A stretch of 64,000 bases of DNA, taken from positions 2,511 through 66,510 of the forward strand of contig CABZPW010000001.1 in the NCBI GenBank assembly GCA_902527765.1, in the 5' to 3' direction. This stretch comes from Rhodospirillaceae bacterium. GTDB lineage: Bacteria; Pseudomonadota; Alphaproteobacteria; TMED109. Below are positions 32,588 through 41,130 of the stretch, one piece after another (position 1 is the stretch's first letter; the number at the start of each line of letters is the position of its first letter). A program made the position numbers and the translations under genes. Under the pieces are notes generated by a model. It did not search any database and was not told the DNA's origin. It saw only the letters and a program-made list of their open reading frames with translations.

Positions 32588-32590
32588 GAA

Positions 32591-33382
32591 TTATTTTTTA
32601 CTTAACCCTTCCGGAACAAATGCTCCCGGAGGAATATTTCCAGGATCAACATATGAATGATAAAGCGCGTCAAGCTGTGCCCATAAAACTTCAGTCTTAA
32701 ATTTTACAGCATTCAAAACGGCTTCTTGATCACTTCTAGAGATTGCATTTTCAATTACCCATTCCCTGCCAAATTCAACATCTCTTCTGGCCTGGTTAAT
32801 TCTTTTTTTAAAGTATGCCAAAGCATAATCATCTGCCCACTCATAATGTTTAGATAGACCTGCAATCCTCTCTTGATGGATGGCAGGTGCATATATTTCA
32901 GTAAGTGAGGAGGCAATTCCCTCTAATAATGACTTATTTTCAACAAAATTAACATAAGCATCTACAGCAAATCGAGTTGCAGGAAGCAAACCTTTACATG
33001 ATTTAACATATTCTAAATCAAGGTTAAGTTTTTCACATAATTGTAAATATCTAGCTATTCCTCCACTGCCGTCTAAATCACCTTCATGATCTATAACTCT
33101 GGAACGCCATTCTAGTCTAAGTTTAACATCATTTATTCTAGCCATTAGCGTTAGATCTTTTCTTGGAATAGACCATTGATAATAAAATCTGTTTAAGGCC
33201 CAAGCTTGCACTTGAGGAAAACTTAATTTTCCATTATGCAATAATTTATGAAAAGGATGTAAACTATGGTATCTTTGGTTTCCTAATTCTACTAGTGCAT
33301 CAATAAATTCTTGCCTCTTTAAAGGCTTATCATTTTCATATTCTTTAGATGGACCAGGAAAAAATGGAGCAGGCATTATCAT
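32591..33382 (-). CDS. pqqC: Pyrroloquinoline-quinone synthase
   Basis: RYHSLHPFH, WALNRFYYQ, R..DHEG, ASSLTE, LWAQLDAL. Confidence 0.97.
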   Translation of the reverse strand: MIMPAPFFPGPSKEYENDKPLKRQEFIDALVELGNQRYHSLHPFHKLLHNGKLSFPQVQAWALNRFYYQWSIPRKDLTLMARINDVKLRLEWRSRVIDHEGDLDGSGGIARYLQLCEKLNLDLEYVKSCKGLLPATRFAVDAYVNFVENKSLLEGIASSLTEIYAPAIHQERIAGLSKHYEWADDYALAYFKKRINQARRDVEFGREWVIENAISRSDQEAVLNAVKFKTEVLWAQLDALYHSYVDPGNIPPGAFVPEGLSKK

Positions 33383-34314
33383 ATCTTAATCTCCATGGTA
33401 TCATATGCTACTTCCCAACCTGCATCTTCTAAAGTTTTTCTTTCCGACGAATTATTTAATAAAGCTGGGTTTGTAGTATTAATATGTATAAATATTTTTC
33501 TATTTATTTTTACATCTTTAAAAATATTTATAGACCCTTCTTCTCCTGACATACTAATGTGCCCCATTCTTTTACCCGTTTTAATTCCTACTTTGTGTTT
33601 AATCATTTCATCATCTGCCCAAAGAGTACCATCAAAAAATAGCAAATTTGTATTGTTAAGCCTTTCTTTTAGCCAATCCGGTACATATGCACAAGCAGGA
33701 ATATAAAAGAAAGTAGCTCCAGTTTCTTCGTTACAAATTTCTAGTGCTATTGTATCTTCGTCAACAGATCCAAAGTTAGGACCCTTATTTGTATCTTCTA
33801 ACCATAAAGCGACTTTTCCAGGTACTGCAAATGCTTTTACCTTAATACCACTTACAGTTTTATCAGCATTTAACAACTCTAAGTAACTATCAAGTTTAAT
33901 GGGAATTTTGTTAACAAATTTAGGATTTAATACATTAAAAATACTATTACTATTTAGAACATTGATTACTCTTTCTGTAGCATACAAATTAAAAGCTTGT
34001 GATTCTCTCAAATTTATTAGACCAGCTGTATGATCTACATCAGCATTAGTAAGAAATACCCCCATTATAGGACTGTATCTCAGCGGATCATTTTCGGCAG
34101 GCATTAATTCAGGGTTTTCCCAAAGTTGTTGTCTTAAATCAGGAGAAGCATTCAATATGAACCATTTTTTTTTATCAAGGCTAATAGCTATTGAAGACTG
34201 AGTTCTTTTAATTGCATTAATATCTTTATTTCTAGCCAATCTGCTATTTGGATGGTTGCAGTTCCACTGGGGATAACCTCCACCCGCTGCTGCCCCTAAA
34301 ACTCTAATAAACAT
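33379..34314 (-). CDS. pqqB: PQQ biosynthesis protein B
   Basis: LGAAAGGGYPQWNCN, RTQSS, NASPD, DVDH, HINTTNP. Confidence 0.97.
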   Translation of the reverse strand: MFIRVLGAAAGGGYPQWNCNHPNSRLARNKDINAIKRTQSSIAISLDKKKWFILNASPDLRQQLWENPELMPAENDPLRYSPIMGVFLTNADVDHTAGLINLRESQAFNLYATERVINVLNSNSIFNVLNPKFVNKIPIKLDSYLELLNADKTVSGIKVKAFAVPGKVALWLEDTNKGPNFGSVDEDTIALEICNEETGATFFYIPACAYVPDWLKERLNNTNLLFFDGTLWADDEMIKHKVGIKTGKRMGHISMSGEEGSINIFKDVKINRKIFIHINTTNPALLNNSSERKTLEDAGWEVAYDTMEIKI

Positions 34315-34371
34315 TTAGTTAAATTAAAATATATAGGAGACAACAAACATGGTGTATTATTTACTCAAAGC

Positions 34372-34446
34372 TTAAAGCTCTGCGCATGCATAACAATTGA
34401 TTTCTAAACCAACAGCTACTTCGCGAATTTCAGGTTTTTTCCACAT
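34372..34446 (-). CDS. pqqA: PQQ precursor peptide MWKKPEIREVAVGLEINCYACAEL
   Basis: Below ORF-track size; manual translation, W..P and E-x3-Y (EINCY) motif, SD AAGGGAGA, directly upstream of pqqB. Confidence 0.96.
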   Translation of the reverse strand: MWKKPEIREVAVGLEINCYACAEL

Positions 34447-34589
34447 AATGTTCTCCCTTTAATAGTTAATAATAATACAATAATAATTTCATTGAGAATA
34501 ATTACTATCTATAATTATTATAATAAAAACTTATAAATACTAATATCACAAATATTTGTAGTATTAGATAATAAAATAAGTACTATATA

Positions 34590-35483
34590 TTGATGAGGCT
34601 ACTATCTCAAATAATTATTTTTTTTCTAATTATTCCCTTAAAAGCATCTCCCATAGTAAGTGCTACTTGGTTATCTAAAAATTTATGTAAAGAAAATATT
34701 AAATTAATAGAAGTAGGTTCATCTTATAACTCGTATTTAGTAGAACATATAAAGTGTGCACAATACACTAATTTTTACAAACATGGCTGGAGGGAAAGTA
34801 AAAAAAAAGTTCCTATGAATTTACCAGAACCTGAATTTTTAATAAAAATTATAAAAAAAATGGGTATTAGTAATGAAGATCATATCATTTTATATCCCAA
34901 AAAAAATACTGATATTTACTCTATGGCAGAGACTACAGCGATTTATTTCACATTTAAATTTTTGGGACATAAGAAAATATCAATATTAAATGGAGGATAT
35001 CCTTATTTTAAAAAAGAATTTGATTTATTTGTCGAAGAAGGAGAATTTAAAGTCAAACCTAATACTAGTTATAAAGCACAAATAGATAGAAGTATTTTAG
35101 CAAATAGTAATGATATAATTGAAAGTAGAAAAAATAACTATCGTTTAGTAGATTCCAGAGAAAAAGATTTTTATTTAGGCATTAATAAATTAAAAGGTTT
35201 TGGTAATTTTGGAACTATAGAATCTTCAATAAATATGCCATCTAAATGGTTTCTTGAAGGAAGAGGTTTAAGCTTTAATGATTTAAACTTATTTAAAAAA
35301 ATATATAATTATTCAGAAATTGATTTAGATGAAAACCTTATATTCTTTTGTTATTCAGGTCTAGAAAGTTCAATAAATTGGTTTGTATCGTATGAATTAA
35401 TGAAAAATAAGAATTCAAAGCTTTACGAAGGCTCTTTATTTGATTGGATAGTACAAAATAAATTGCTCTATAAAAAATTATAA
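34590..35483 (+). CDS. Exported tandem-domain rhodanese/sulfurtransferase
   Basis: Signal peptide, VSATWL, HIKCA, ILNGG, LVDSR, FCYSG (catalytic Cys loop), LYEGS..DW. Confidence 0.85.
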   Translation: MMRLLSQIIIFFLIIPLKASPIVSATWLSKNLCKENIKLIEVGSSYNSYLVEHIKCAQYTNFYKHGWRESKKKVPMNLPEPEFLIKIIKKMGISNEDHIILYPKKNTDIYSMAETTAIYFTFKFLGHKKISILNGGYPYFKKEFDLFVEEGEFKVKPNTSYKAQIDRSILANSNDIIESRKNNYRLVDSREKDFYLGINKLKGFGNFGTIESSINMPSKWFLEGRGLSFNDLNLFKKIYNYSEIDLDENLIFFCYSGLESSINWFVSYELMKNKNSKLYEGSLFDWIVQNKLLYKKL

Positions 35484-35490
35484 AAAAGCG

Positions 35491-35518
35491 TAGACAATAA
35501 AAGTTATTTTATTATTCT
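35491..35518 (+). promoter_or_regulatory. Putative sigma70 promoter of tRNA-Phe
   Basis: TAGACA-16 bp-TATTCT, ending 9 bp before the tRNA. Confidence 0.45.
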
Positions 35519-35527
35519 TGTATTTGT

Positions 35528-35600
35528 GCCTAGGTAGCTCAGTTGGTAGAGCATGCGACTGAAAATCGCAGTGTCGGTGGTTCAATCCCACCCCTGGGCA
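35528..35600 (+). tRNA. tRNA-Phe(GAA)
   Basis: GCCTAGG/CCTGGGC acceptor, GCGA-CTGAAAA-TCGC anticodon arm, GGTTCAA T-loop; followed by CCT rather than CCA. Confidence 0.97.
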
Positions 35601-35640
35601 CCTTAATAACTTGCTGTTGATTAATCTAACAAAGATAGCT

Positions 35641-37080
35641 TTAAAATAACTTTTTAATTTTTATAACTAATACTGGTAAAAAAGTAGCAACTAAAAAAGA
35701 GATAAATAATAGTGACTCAGTTATAAACTTAGGAAAATATTTTGCTGGAAAAATCAAACCCACTAATAAAGATTGAGTAAAGTCTGGGCTAGGAAAAAAT
35801 AGAAAACCACCTAATAAACCGATTATTATTGAAAAGATAACTTGTTTTGTATTTATATTTTTTCTATAAAAACCATAAAAAATACTTATTACAGCTGAAC
35901 AGCAGAATAAATCTGCTAATAAAAATAAGTACAAAATGCTTAATCCTTTGGAAGAAACTATAAATGTAACTAAACAAAGTAAAAAAACAATCACGTTGGA
36001 TAATTTCAAAGGGTTTAATTTTGTATTAATTATTTTTTTTGCATCTACAATAATCAAACTTGAAACTGCATTAATTATAGTATCAATGCTACTAATAGCC
36101 AATGAAATAGATAAAAATATTAACATACCTGAAATGTACAAGTTTTGTTTTTGTAATATTAGGTAAAAAAATGCAAGGTCAGCATTAATATCTGCATTTT
36201 TGGAAATAGCCATTAAGCCAGTAAACCCCATTATAAAAACTATAGGAGTAACAATTAAAAAAGATAAGATTAAACTATTGGTTAATGTTTTGTCATTTTG
36301 TGCAGCATAAACCCTTTGCCAATTACCTTGATGAAAAAGATTTGTAGCAGCAACAGCAATAAAAAAAGTTAATCCCGCTGTAAAATTATTTATATTATTT
36401 AAGCTTAATAACTCCGGTTTGTTTTGTTTTATTAAATTGAAATTGAATTGGTAGGGTTGAATAGAAAGAAGATATAGAAACCCTAAGAGTAATATTAAAG
36501 TAAAGAATATAAATTGAATTTTATCTGTAAAAATAGATATTCTCAGTCCACCATACAAAGTATAAATCATTGAACATGATAATATTATTAGAGAAGTTAT
36601 CCATAAATCATTACCAGATAAGTATTTTACTAAAAGTGAGATAGCAGTAACTTCTGCTATTAAAAATATAATCATATAAAAAATTGATAATAAGAATATA
36701 AATTTATATAGCTTATTACCAAAATGTAGATTAATTACTTCAATCAATGTTTTTGCTTGAGGGTATTTAGTTCTAAAAGTTTTTCCTAAATAAATTAAGA
36801 AAAAAAATGGAGCTGCTGTTCCTAGTGCATATCCAATAACAGCACCTATTCCTCCCCACGTAGCTGCTGATGCTGGCCCAAATAAAATCCAAGTACCTAA
36901 TGCAGAAGCAACTAAACTCATAGTTAGTGAAATGGTTTTTACTGATCTATTAGCTACTAGATAGTGGTTTAAATCTAAAAAATTTTTAGAATAAAAAATT
37001 CCTAAAATTACAAAAAACAAACTAATAATAAGTATAATAATTATCGAATTAATTTGGCTAATTACATTTATTGATTCCAT
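35641..37080 (-). CDS. Sodium:solute symporter, ThiV-like thiamin-precursor transporter candidate
   Basis: Many TM helices, ASALGTWILFGP, YTLYGGLR.SIFTD, FHQGNWQRVYAA; preceded by TPP-type riboswitch. Confidence 0.85.
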   Translation of the reverse strand: MESINVISQINSIIIILIISLFFVILGIFYSKNFLDLNHYLVANRSVKTISLTMSLVASALGTWILFGPASAATWGGIGAVIGYALGTAAPFFFLIYLGKTFRTKYPQAKTLIEVINLHFGNKLYKFIFLLSIFYMIIFLIAEVTAISLLVKYLSGNDLWITSLIILSCSMIYTLYGGLRISIFTDKIQFIFFTLILLLGFLYLLSIQPYQFNFNLIKQNKPELLSLNNINNFTAGLTFFIAVAATNLFHQGNWQRVYAAQNDKTLTNSLILSFLIVTPIVFIMGFTGLMAISKNADINADLAFFYLILQKQNLYISGMLIFLSISLAISSIDTIINAVSSLIIVDAKKIINTKLNPLKLSNVIVFLLCLVTFIVSSKGLSILYLFLLADLFCCSAVISIFYGFYRKNINTKQVIFSIIIGLLGGFLFFPSPDFTQSLLVGLIFPAKYFPKFITESLLFISFLVATFLPVLVIKIKKLF

Positions 37081-37150
37081 AAATTTCCCTTTCTGAATTA
37101 CCGGACAGGTTCCTCGGGTTTATTCTCAGCCTTAAAAAGCACCCCGTAAT
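37081..37150 (-). ncRNA. TPP (THI-box) riboswitch, variant
   Basis: Minus strand reads AUUACGGGGUGC-UUUUUAAG-GCUGAGAAUAAACCCGAGGAACCUGUCCGGUAAUUCAGAAAGGGAAAUUU-AUG; GGGGUGC, CUGAGA, ACCC, GAACCUG, UAAU, AGGGA all in order. Confidence 0.85.
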
Positions 37151-37283
37151 CTTTAAGATAACAATAATAGCTTATACAGTCATTATTTATTTTTATAACT
37201 TAATATTTTAAAGTTAAAACTATTAGATAATCACTATTTAAGTATTTTTTTAACCTTATACATGTATTTAACAAATAAAGACT

Positions 37284-38438
37284 TTACGATAGCCTATCTT
37301 CAGCAATACTTGCTAAAAAACTAGATCCTACTGTTAAAATTGAGTCATTAAAGTCATATTTAGGATTATGTAAAGATGCTGAAGCTCCATTTCCAATCCA
37401 AGCAAAACAGCCTGGAACTTTTTTTAAAAAGTAAGAAAAGTCTTCAGAGCCCATCATAGGTGTTTGGCTAGATGAAGCTTTTGAACCAATAATTTTTTTA
37501 GCGACATTAAAGGCAAACTCGCTCTGTTTTTGATGATTAACTGTTGCAGGATAACCTTTTTTAAAATTTATAATTGCTTTGGCATCAAATGCTTTACAGG
37601 TAGAATTAATTACCTCAAAAAACCTTTTTTTTGCTAGTTCACCTATCTTATTATTGTAATATCTGATTGTACCTGAAAGTTTAGCACTTTTAGGAATAAC
37701 ATTATTGGCATCTCCAGAATTAAAAGAAGCTACCGTAACCACTAACGTTTCTTTAGGATCTGAATTTCTAGAAACTATATGCTGAAGATTTTGGATTACC
37801 GAGGCGCCGCACACAATAGGGTCTATAGAGTTTGAGGGCATAGCTCCATGTGCTCCTTTTCCAATAATCTCAACATCAAAATTATCTGCTGCTGCAAGTC
37901 TAGGCCCTGCTTCAATTGCCAAAACACCCTCTTCTAAACCAGGCATATTATGCATGCCATATATCTCATCAATAGGATATTTCTTTAAAAGACCATCTTC
38001 TATCATAGCCTTAGCTCCCGCAAAGCCTTCCTCAGCGGGTTGAAAAATTAAAATAACTTTACCATTAAAGTTTTTAGTCTCTGATAAATATTTTGCAGCT
38101 CCAAGCAACATTGTAGTATGGCCATCATGTCCACAAGCATGCATTTTTCCATCTGTTTTAGACTTATATTTTTTATCATTATTTTCTTCAAATATAGGCA
38201 AAGCATCCATGTCAGCTCTAAGTCCTATACTTTTGCCTGTTCCATTTTCTAAAGTTGCAACAATTCCTGTTTTACCAAGTCCCTCTTCTATATTATCTAT
38301 TCCAAAACTTTTTAATAATTCTACAACTTTTTTCGATGTATTAATTTCTTTATATGCTAATTCAGGATGTTCATGGAAATGGTGTCTCCATGATGTCATT
38401 TCCTCTTGAAAAGCAGATATTCTGTTTTTAATTTGCAT
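37284..38438 (-). CDS. M20D amidohydrolase (hippurate hydrolase-like)
   Basis: HEHPEL, LRADMDALP, MHACGHDGH, FQPAEEG, SEDF, LHNP. Confidence 0.95.
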   Translation of the reverse strand: MQIKNRISAFQEEMTSWRHHFHEHPELAYKEINTSKKVVELLKSFGIDNIEEGLGKTGIVATLENGTGKSIGLRADMDALPIFEENNDKKYKSKTDGKMHACGHDGHTTMLLGAAKYLSETKNFNGKVILIFQPAEEGFAGAKAMIEDGLLKKYPIDEIYGMHNMPGLEEGVLAIEAGPRLAAADNFDVEIIGKGAHGAMPSNSIDPIVCGASVIQNLQHIVSRNSDPKETLVVTVASFNSGDANNVIPKSAKLSGTIRYYNNKIGELAKKRFFEVINSTCKAFDAKAIINFKKGYPATVNHQKQSEFAFNVAKKIIGSKASSSQTPMMGSEDFSYFLKKVPGCFAWIGNGASASLHNPKYDFNDSILTVGSSFLASIAEDRLS

Positions 38439-38447
38439 AATAAATAT

Positions 38448-38996
38448 TTATCTATTTTTTAATGGAATCCATAGTATCTCTTTTTTATTAGTTTGTCTTG
38501 CTAAAACAAATAGAAAATCAGATAATCTATTTATATATTTTAAAATCTCTAAGTTGATCTTATTTTTTTCACTAAGCTTTACAATGCTAACTTCACACCT
38601 TCTGCTAATTGTTCTTGCCAAATGTAACCATCCAGATATTGCATTTCCCCCTGGAAGTATAAATGAGGTTAAAGGTTTCAAGTGAGAGTTTATTTTGTCA
38701 ATTTCTTTTTCTAGATAAATAGTCTGATTTTTTCTTAACCTTATACTATTATTTTTTTTATTTAACGGCGTAGCTAAATCCGCTCCAATATCAAAAAGGT
38801 CATTTTGAATATTAAGTATGATATTTTTTTGCTTAGGTTTTAGATAATTTAAGACTACACCTAAAAAAGCGTTTAGTTCATCTACGTTGCCTATTGCTTC
38901 AATAATATTAGATGATTTTTTAATTCTTTTGCCACCAACTAAGGATGTATAACCAGCATCTCCACCCCTAGTATAAATTTTGTCTAATTTGACCAT
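38448..38996 (-). CDS. Cob(I)alamin adenosyltransferase, PduO type
   Basis: KIYTRGGD.G.T, G.VDELN, FILPGG, RRCE, YINRLSD.LFVLAR. Confidence 0.95.
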   Translation of the reverse strand: MVKLDKIYTRGGDAGYTSLVGGKRIKKSSNIIEAIGNVDELNAFLGVVLNYLKPKQKNIILNIQNDLFDIGADLATPLNKKNNSIRLRKNQTIYLEKEIDKINSHLKPLTSFILPGGNAISGWLHLARTISRRCEVSIVKLSEKNKINLEILKYINRLSDFLFVLARQTNKKEILWIPLKNR

Positions 38997-39060
38997 ATAT
39001 TTTTTATAACATGGATAAGTTTATTTTAAAAACAACTAGTAATTAATAAAAAAAAAAATA

Positions 39061-39089
39061 TTGCATTTGTTCTACTTATGTTCTATTAT
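39061..39089 (+). promoter_or_regulatory. Putative promoter with LexA box in its spacer, upstream of nrdA
   Basis: TTGCAT(39061)-17 bp-TATTAT(39084) enclosing GTTC-TACTTAT-GTTC at 39069-39083. Confidence 0.7.
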
Positions 39090-39129
39090 ATAAAATAATT
39101 TATTTCTTTATTGACTATATTCAAGTTAT

Positions 39130-39175
39130 ACGCAATATTTAGATATAAACAAATTTAATACACAACATATAGTAA
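39130..39175 (+). promoter_or_regulatory. Tandem NrdR boxes
   Basis: acgCaAtATtTaGat (39130) and acaCaAcATaTaGta (39160) match acaCwAtATaTwGtg; upstream of nrdA. Confidence 0.8.
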
Positions 39176-39176
39176 T

Positions 39177-39210
39177 ATATCCACAATTTATTATTAACAG
39201 TTGTGGATAA
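39177..39210. promoter_or_regulatory. Inverted pair of DnaA boxes
   Basis: aTATCCACA at 39177-39185 (1 mismatch) and TGTGGATAA at 39202-39210 (perfect reverse complement of TTATCCACA). Confidence 0.7.
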
Positions 39211-39225
39211 TTAAGAGTAAACATT

Positions 39226-41115
39226 ATGCTAAAAAATTTTGCACATAAAGTAAGTCAAAACAGAAAAAGTTCAGATATTTTAAATGTAGTTCAAATTAAA
39301 CCCGGAATAAATGTTTTAAAAGATAGTTCTAGAGATACCTTACTTACAGAATTTGGTAAAGCTACACTTAAAGATAGATATTTACTTCCAGATGAAGATT
39401 ATCAAGGAATGTTTGCAAGAGTTGCAAGTTATTTTTCTGATGATTCTTTACATGCCCAGAGATTATATGATTATATGTCTAAACATTGGTTTATGCCTTC
39501 TACTCCCATTTTGTCTAATGGAGGAACAAATAGAGGTCTTCCAATTTCATGTTTTTTAAATGAAGCAGGTGATAGTCTTCATAGTATTGTAGATCTTTGG
39601 AATGAAAATGTTTGGCTGGCATCCAAAGGAGGAGGAATTGGTTCCTACTGGGGAAATTTAAGAGGAATTGGCGAAAAAGTTGGACAGGCAGGAAAAACAT
39701 CAGGTGTTGTTCCTTTTATCAGAGTAATGGACTCTCTAACATTAGCAATTAGTCAAGGTAGTTTAAGAAGAGGATCAGCGGCATGTTATCTACCAATATG
39801 GCATCCTGAAATTGAAGAATTTATAGACTTAAGAAGACCTACAGGAGGAGATCCTAATAGAAAAGCTTTAAATTTGCATCATGGAATTGTTATTACAGAT
39901 GACTTTATGAGAGCTGTTGAAGATGATAAAAACTGGTCTCTTAAAAGCCCTAAAGACGGTTCTATTCAAAAAACAATTAAGGCTAGGTCTCTTTGGATTA
40001 AATTGCTTACAACTAGAATAGAAACAGGCGAACCATATTTGCTTTTTATAGACAAAGTAAATGAGGCTATTCCTAATCATCAAAAATTATCAGGATTACA
40101 GGTTAAAATGTCAAACCTATGTAGTGAGATTACCCTTCCTACAGGAATAGATAAAGATGGTAATAGAAGAACAGCAGTATGTTGTCTATCTTCATTGAAT
40201 ATAGAAAAATACGATGAATGGAGTAATAATAAAGTTTTTATAGAAGATGTTATGAGGTTTTTAGATAATGTTATGGAAGATTTTATTATAAGAGCTCCAG
40301 ATACGATGGAAAGTGCTAGGTATTCTGCAATGAGAGAGAGAAGTGTAGGGCTAGGAGTTATGGGTTTTCATTCTTTTTTGCAGAAAAAAAGAATTCCTTT
40401 TGAGTCAGTAATGGCAAAAGTTTGGAATAAACGAATATTCTCTCAAATAAAAGAAGAAGCCGATAAAGCATCGATACTTTTAGCAAATGAAAAAGGAGCA
40501 TGCCCTGATGCGAAGGAATATGGAGTAAATGAGAGGTTTTCAAATAAAATAGCTATTGCTCCTACTGCTTCTATTTCTATAATTTGCGGTGGTGCTTCTC
40601 CAGGAATTGAACCTATTGCAGCTAACAGTTTTACTCAAAAAACATTGTCAGGTTCTTTTAATGTTAGGAACCCCCATTTAAAAAGCTTATTAGCTGAAAA
40701 AGGAAGAGATAATGAAGAAATTTGGTCTTCAATAACTATTAATAAAGGGTCTGTGCAGCATCTTGAATTTTTGGAGGATTCAGAAAAGGCAGTTTTTAAA
40801 ACAGCCTTTGAGTTGGATCAGAGAAGGATTATAGAATTAGCTGGAGATAGAACTCCCTATGTATGTCAAGCTCAGTCCTTAAATATATTTTTAAAACCAG
40901 ATGTTAATAAAAGAGATCTTCATATGATACATTTTTCAGCATGGAAAAGAGGAGTAAAAAGTCTATATTATTTAAGATCTTTATCTATTCAAAGAGCTGA
41001 AGTAGTTTCGCATAATAAAAAAACCACGGAAGTTCCTATAAAAGGTAAAATAAACGAAGGTGAGCAACCTTATGGTGATCAACTAGATTATGATGAGTGT
41101 TTATCTTGTCAATAA
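39226..41115 (+). CDS. nrdA: Class I ribonucleotide reductase alpha subunit (no evident ATP cone)
   Basis: PSTPILSN, PISCFL, SNLCSEI, APTASIS, KSLYY, C-terminal ECLSCQ. Confidence 0.97.
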   Translation: MLKNFAHKVSQNRKSSDILNVVQIKPGINVLKDSSRDTLLTEFGKATLKDRYLLPDEDYQGMFARVASYFSDDSLHAQRLYDYMSKHWFMPSTPILSNGGTNRGLPISCFLNEAGDSLHSIVDLWNENVWLASKGGGIGSYWGNLRGIGEKVGQAGKTSGVVPFIRVMDSLTLAISQGSLRRGSAACYLPIWHPEIEEFIDLRRPTGGDPNRKALNLHHGIVITDDFMRAVEDDKNWSLKSPKDGSIQKTIKARSLWIKLLTTRIETGEPYLLFIDKVNEAIPNHQKLSGLQVKMSNLCSEITLPTGIDKDGNRRTAVCCLSSLNIEKYDEWSNNKVFIEDVMRFLDNVMEDFIIRAPDTMESARYSAMRERSVGLGVMGFHSFLQKKRIPFESVMAKVWNKRIFSQIKEEADKASILLANEKGACPDAKEYGVNERFSNKIAIAPTASISIICGGASPGIEPIAANSFTQKTLSGSFNVRNPHLKSLLAEKGRDNEEIWSSITINKGSVQHLEFLEDSEKAVFKTAFELDQRRIIELAGDRTPYVCQAQSLNIFLKPDVNKRDLHMIHFSAWKRGVKSLYYLRSLSIQRAEVVSHNKKTTEVPIKGKINEGEQPYGDQLDYDECLSCQ

Positions 41116-41130
41116 AGTAAAAGGAAAAAT

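Noticed and set aside
39177-39210. Replication origin suggested by DnaA boxes
   Set aside because: Only two boxes, located in the nrdA leader where DnaA regulation is expected; no oriC-associated genes nearby.
25653-41115. Inteins or introns in recA or nrdA
   Set aside because: Both proteins have normal length and continuous motifs.
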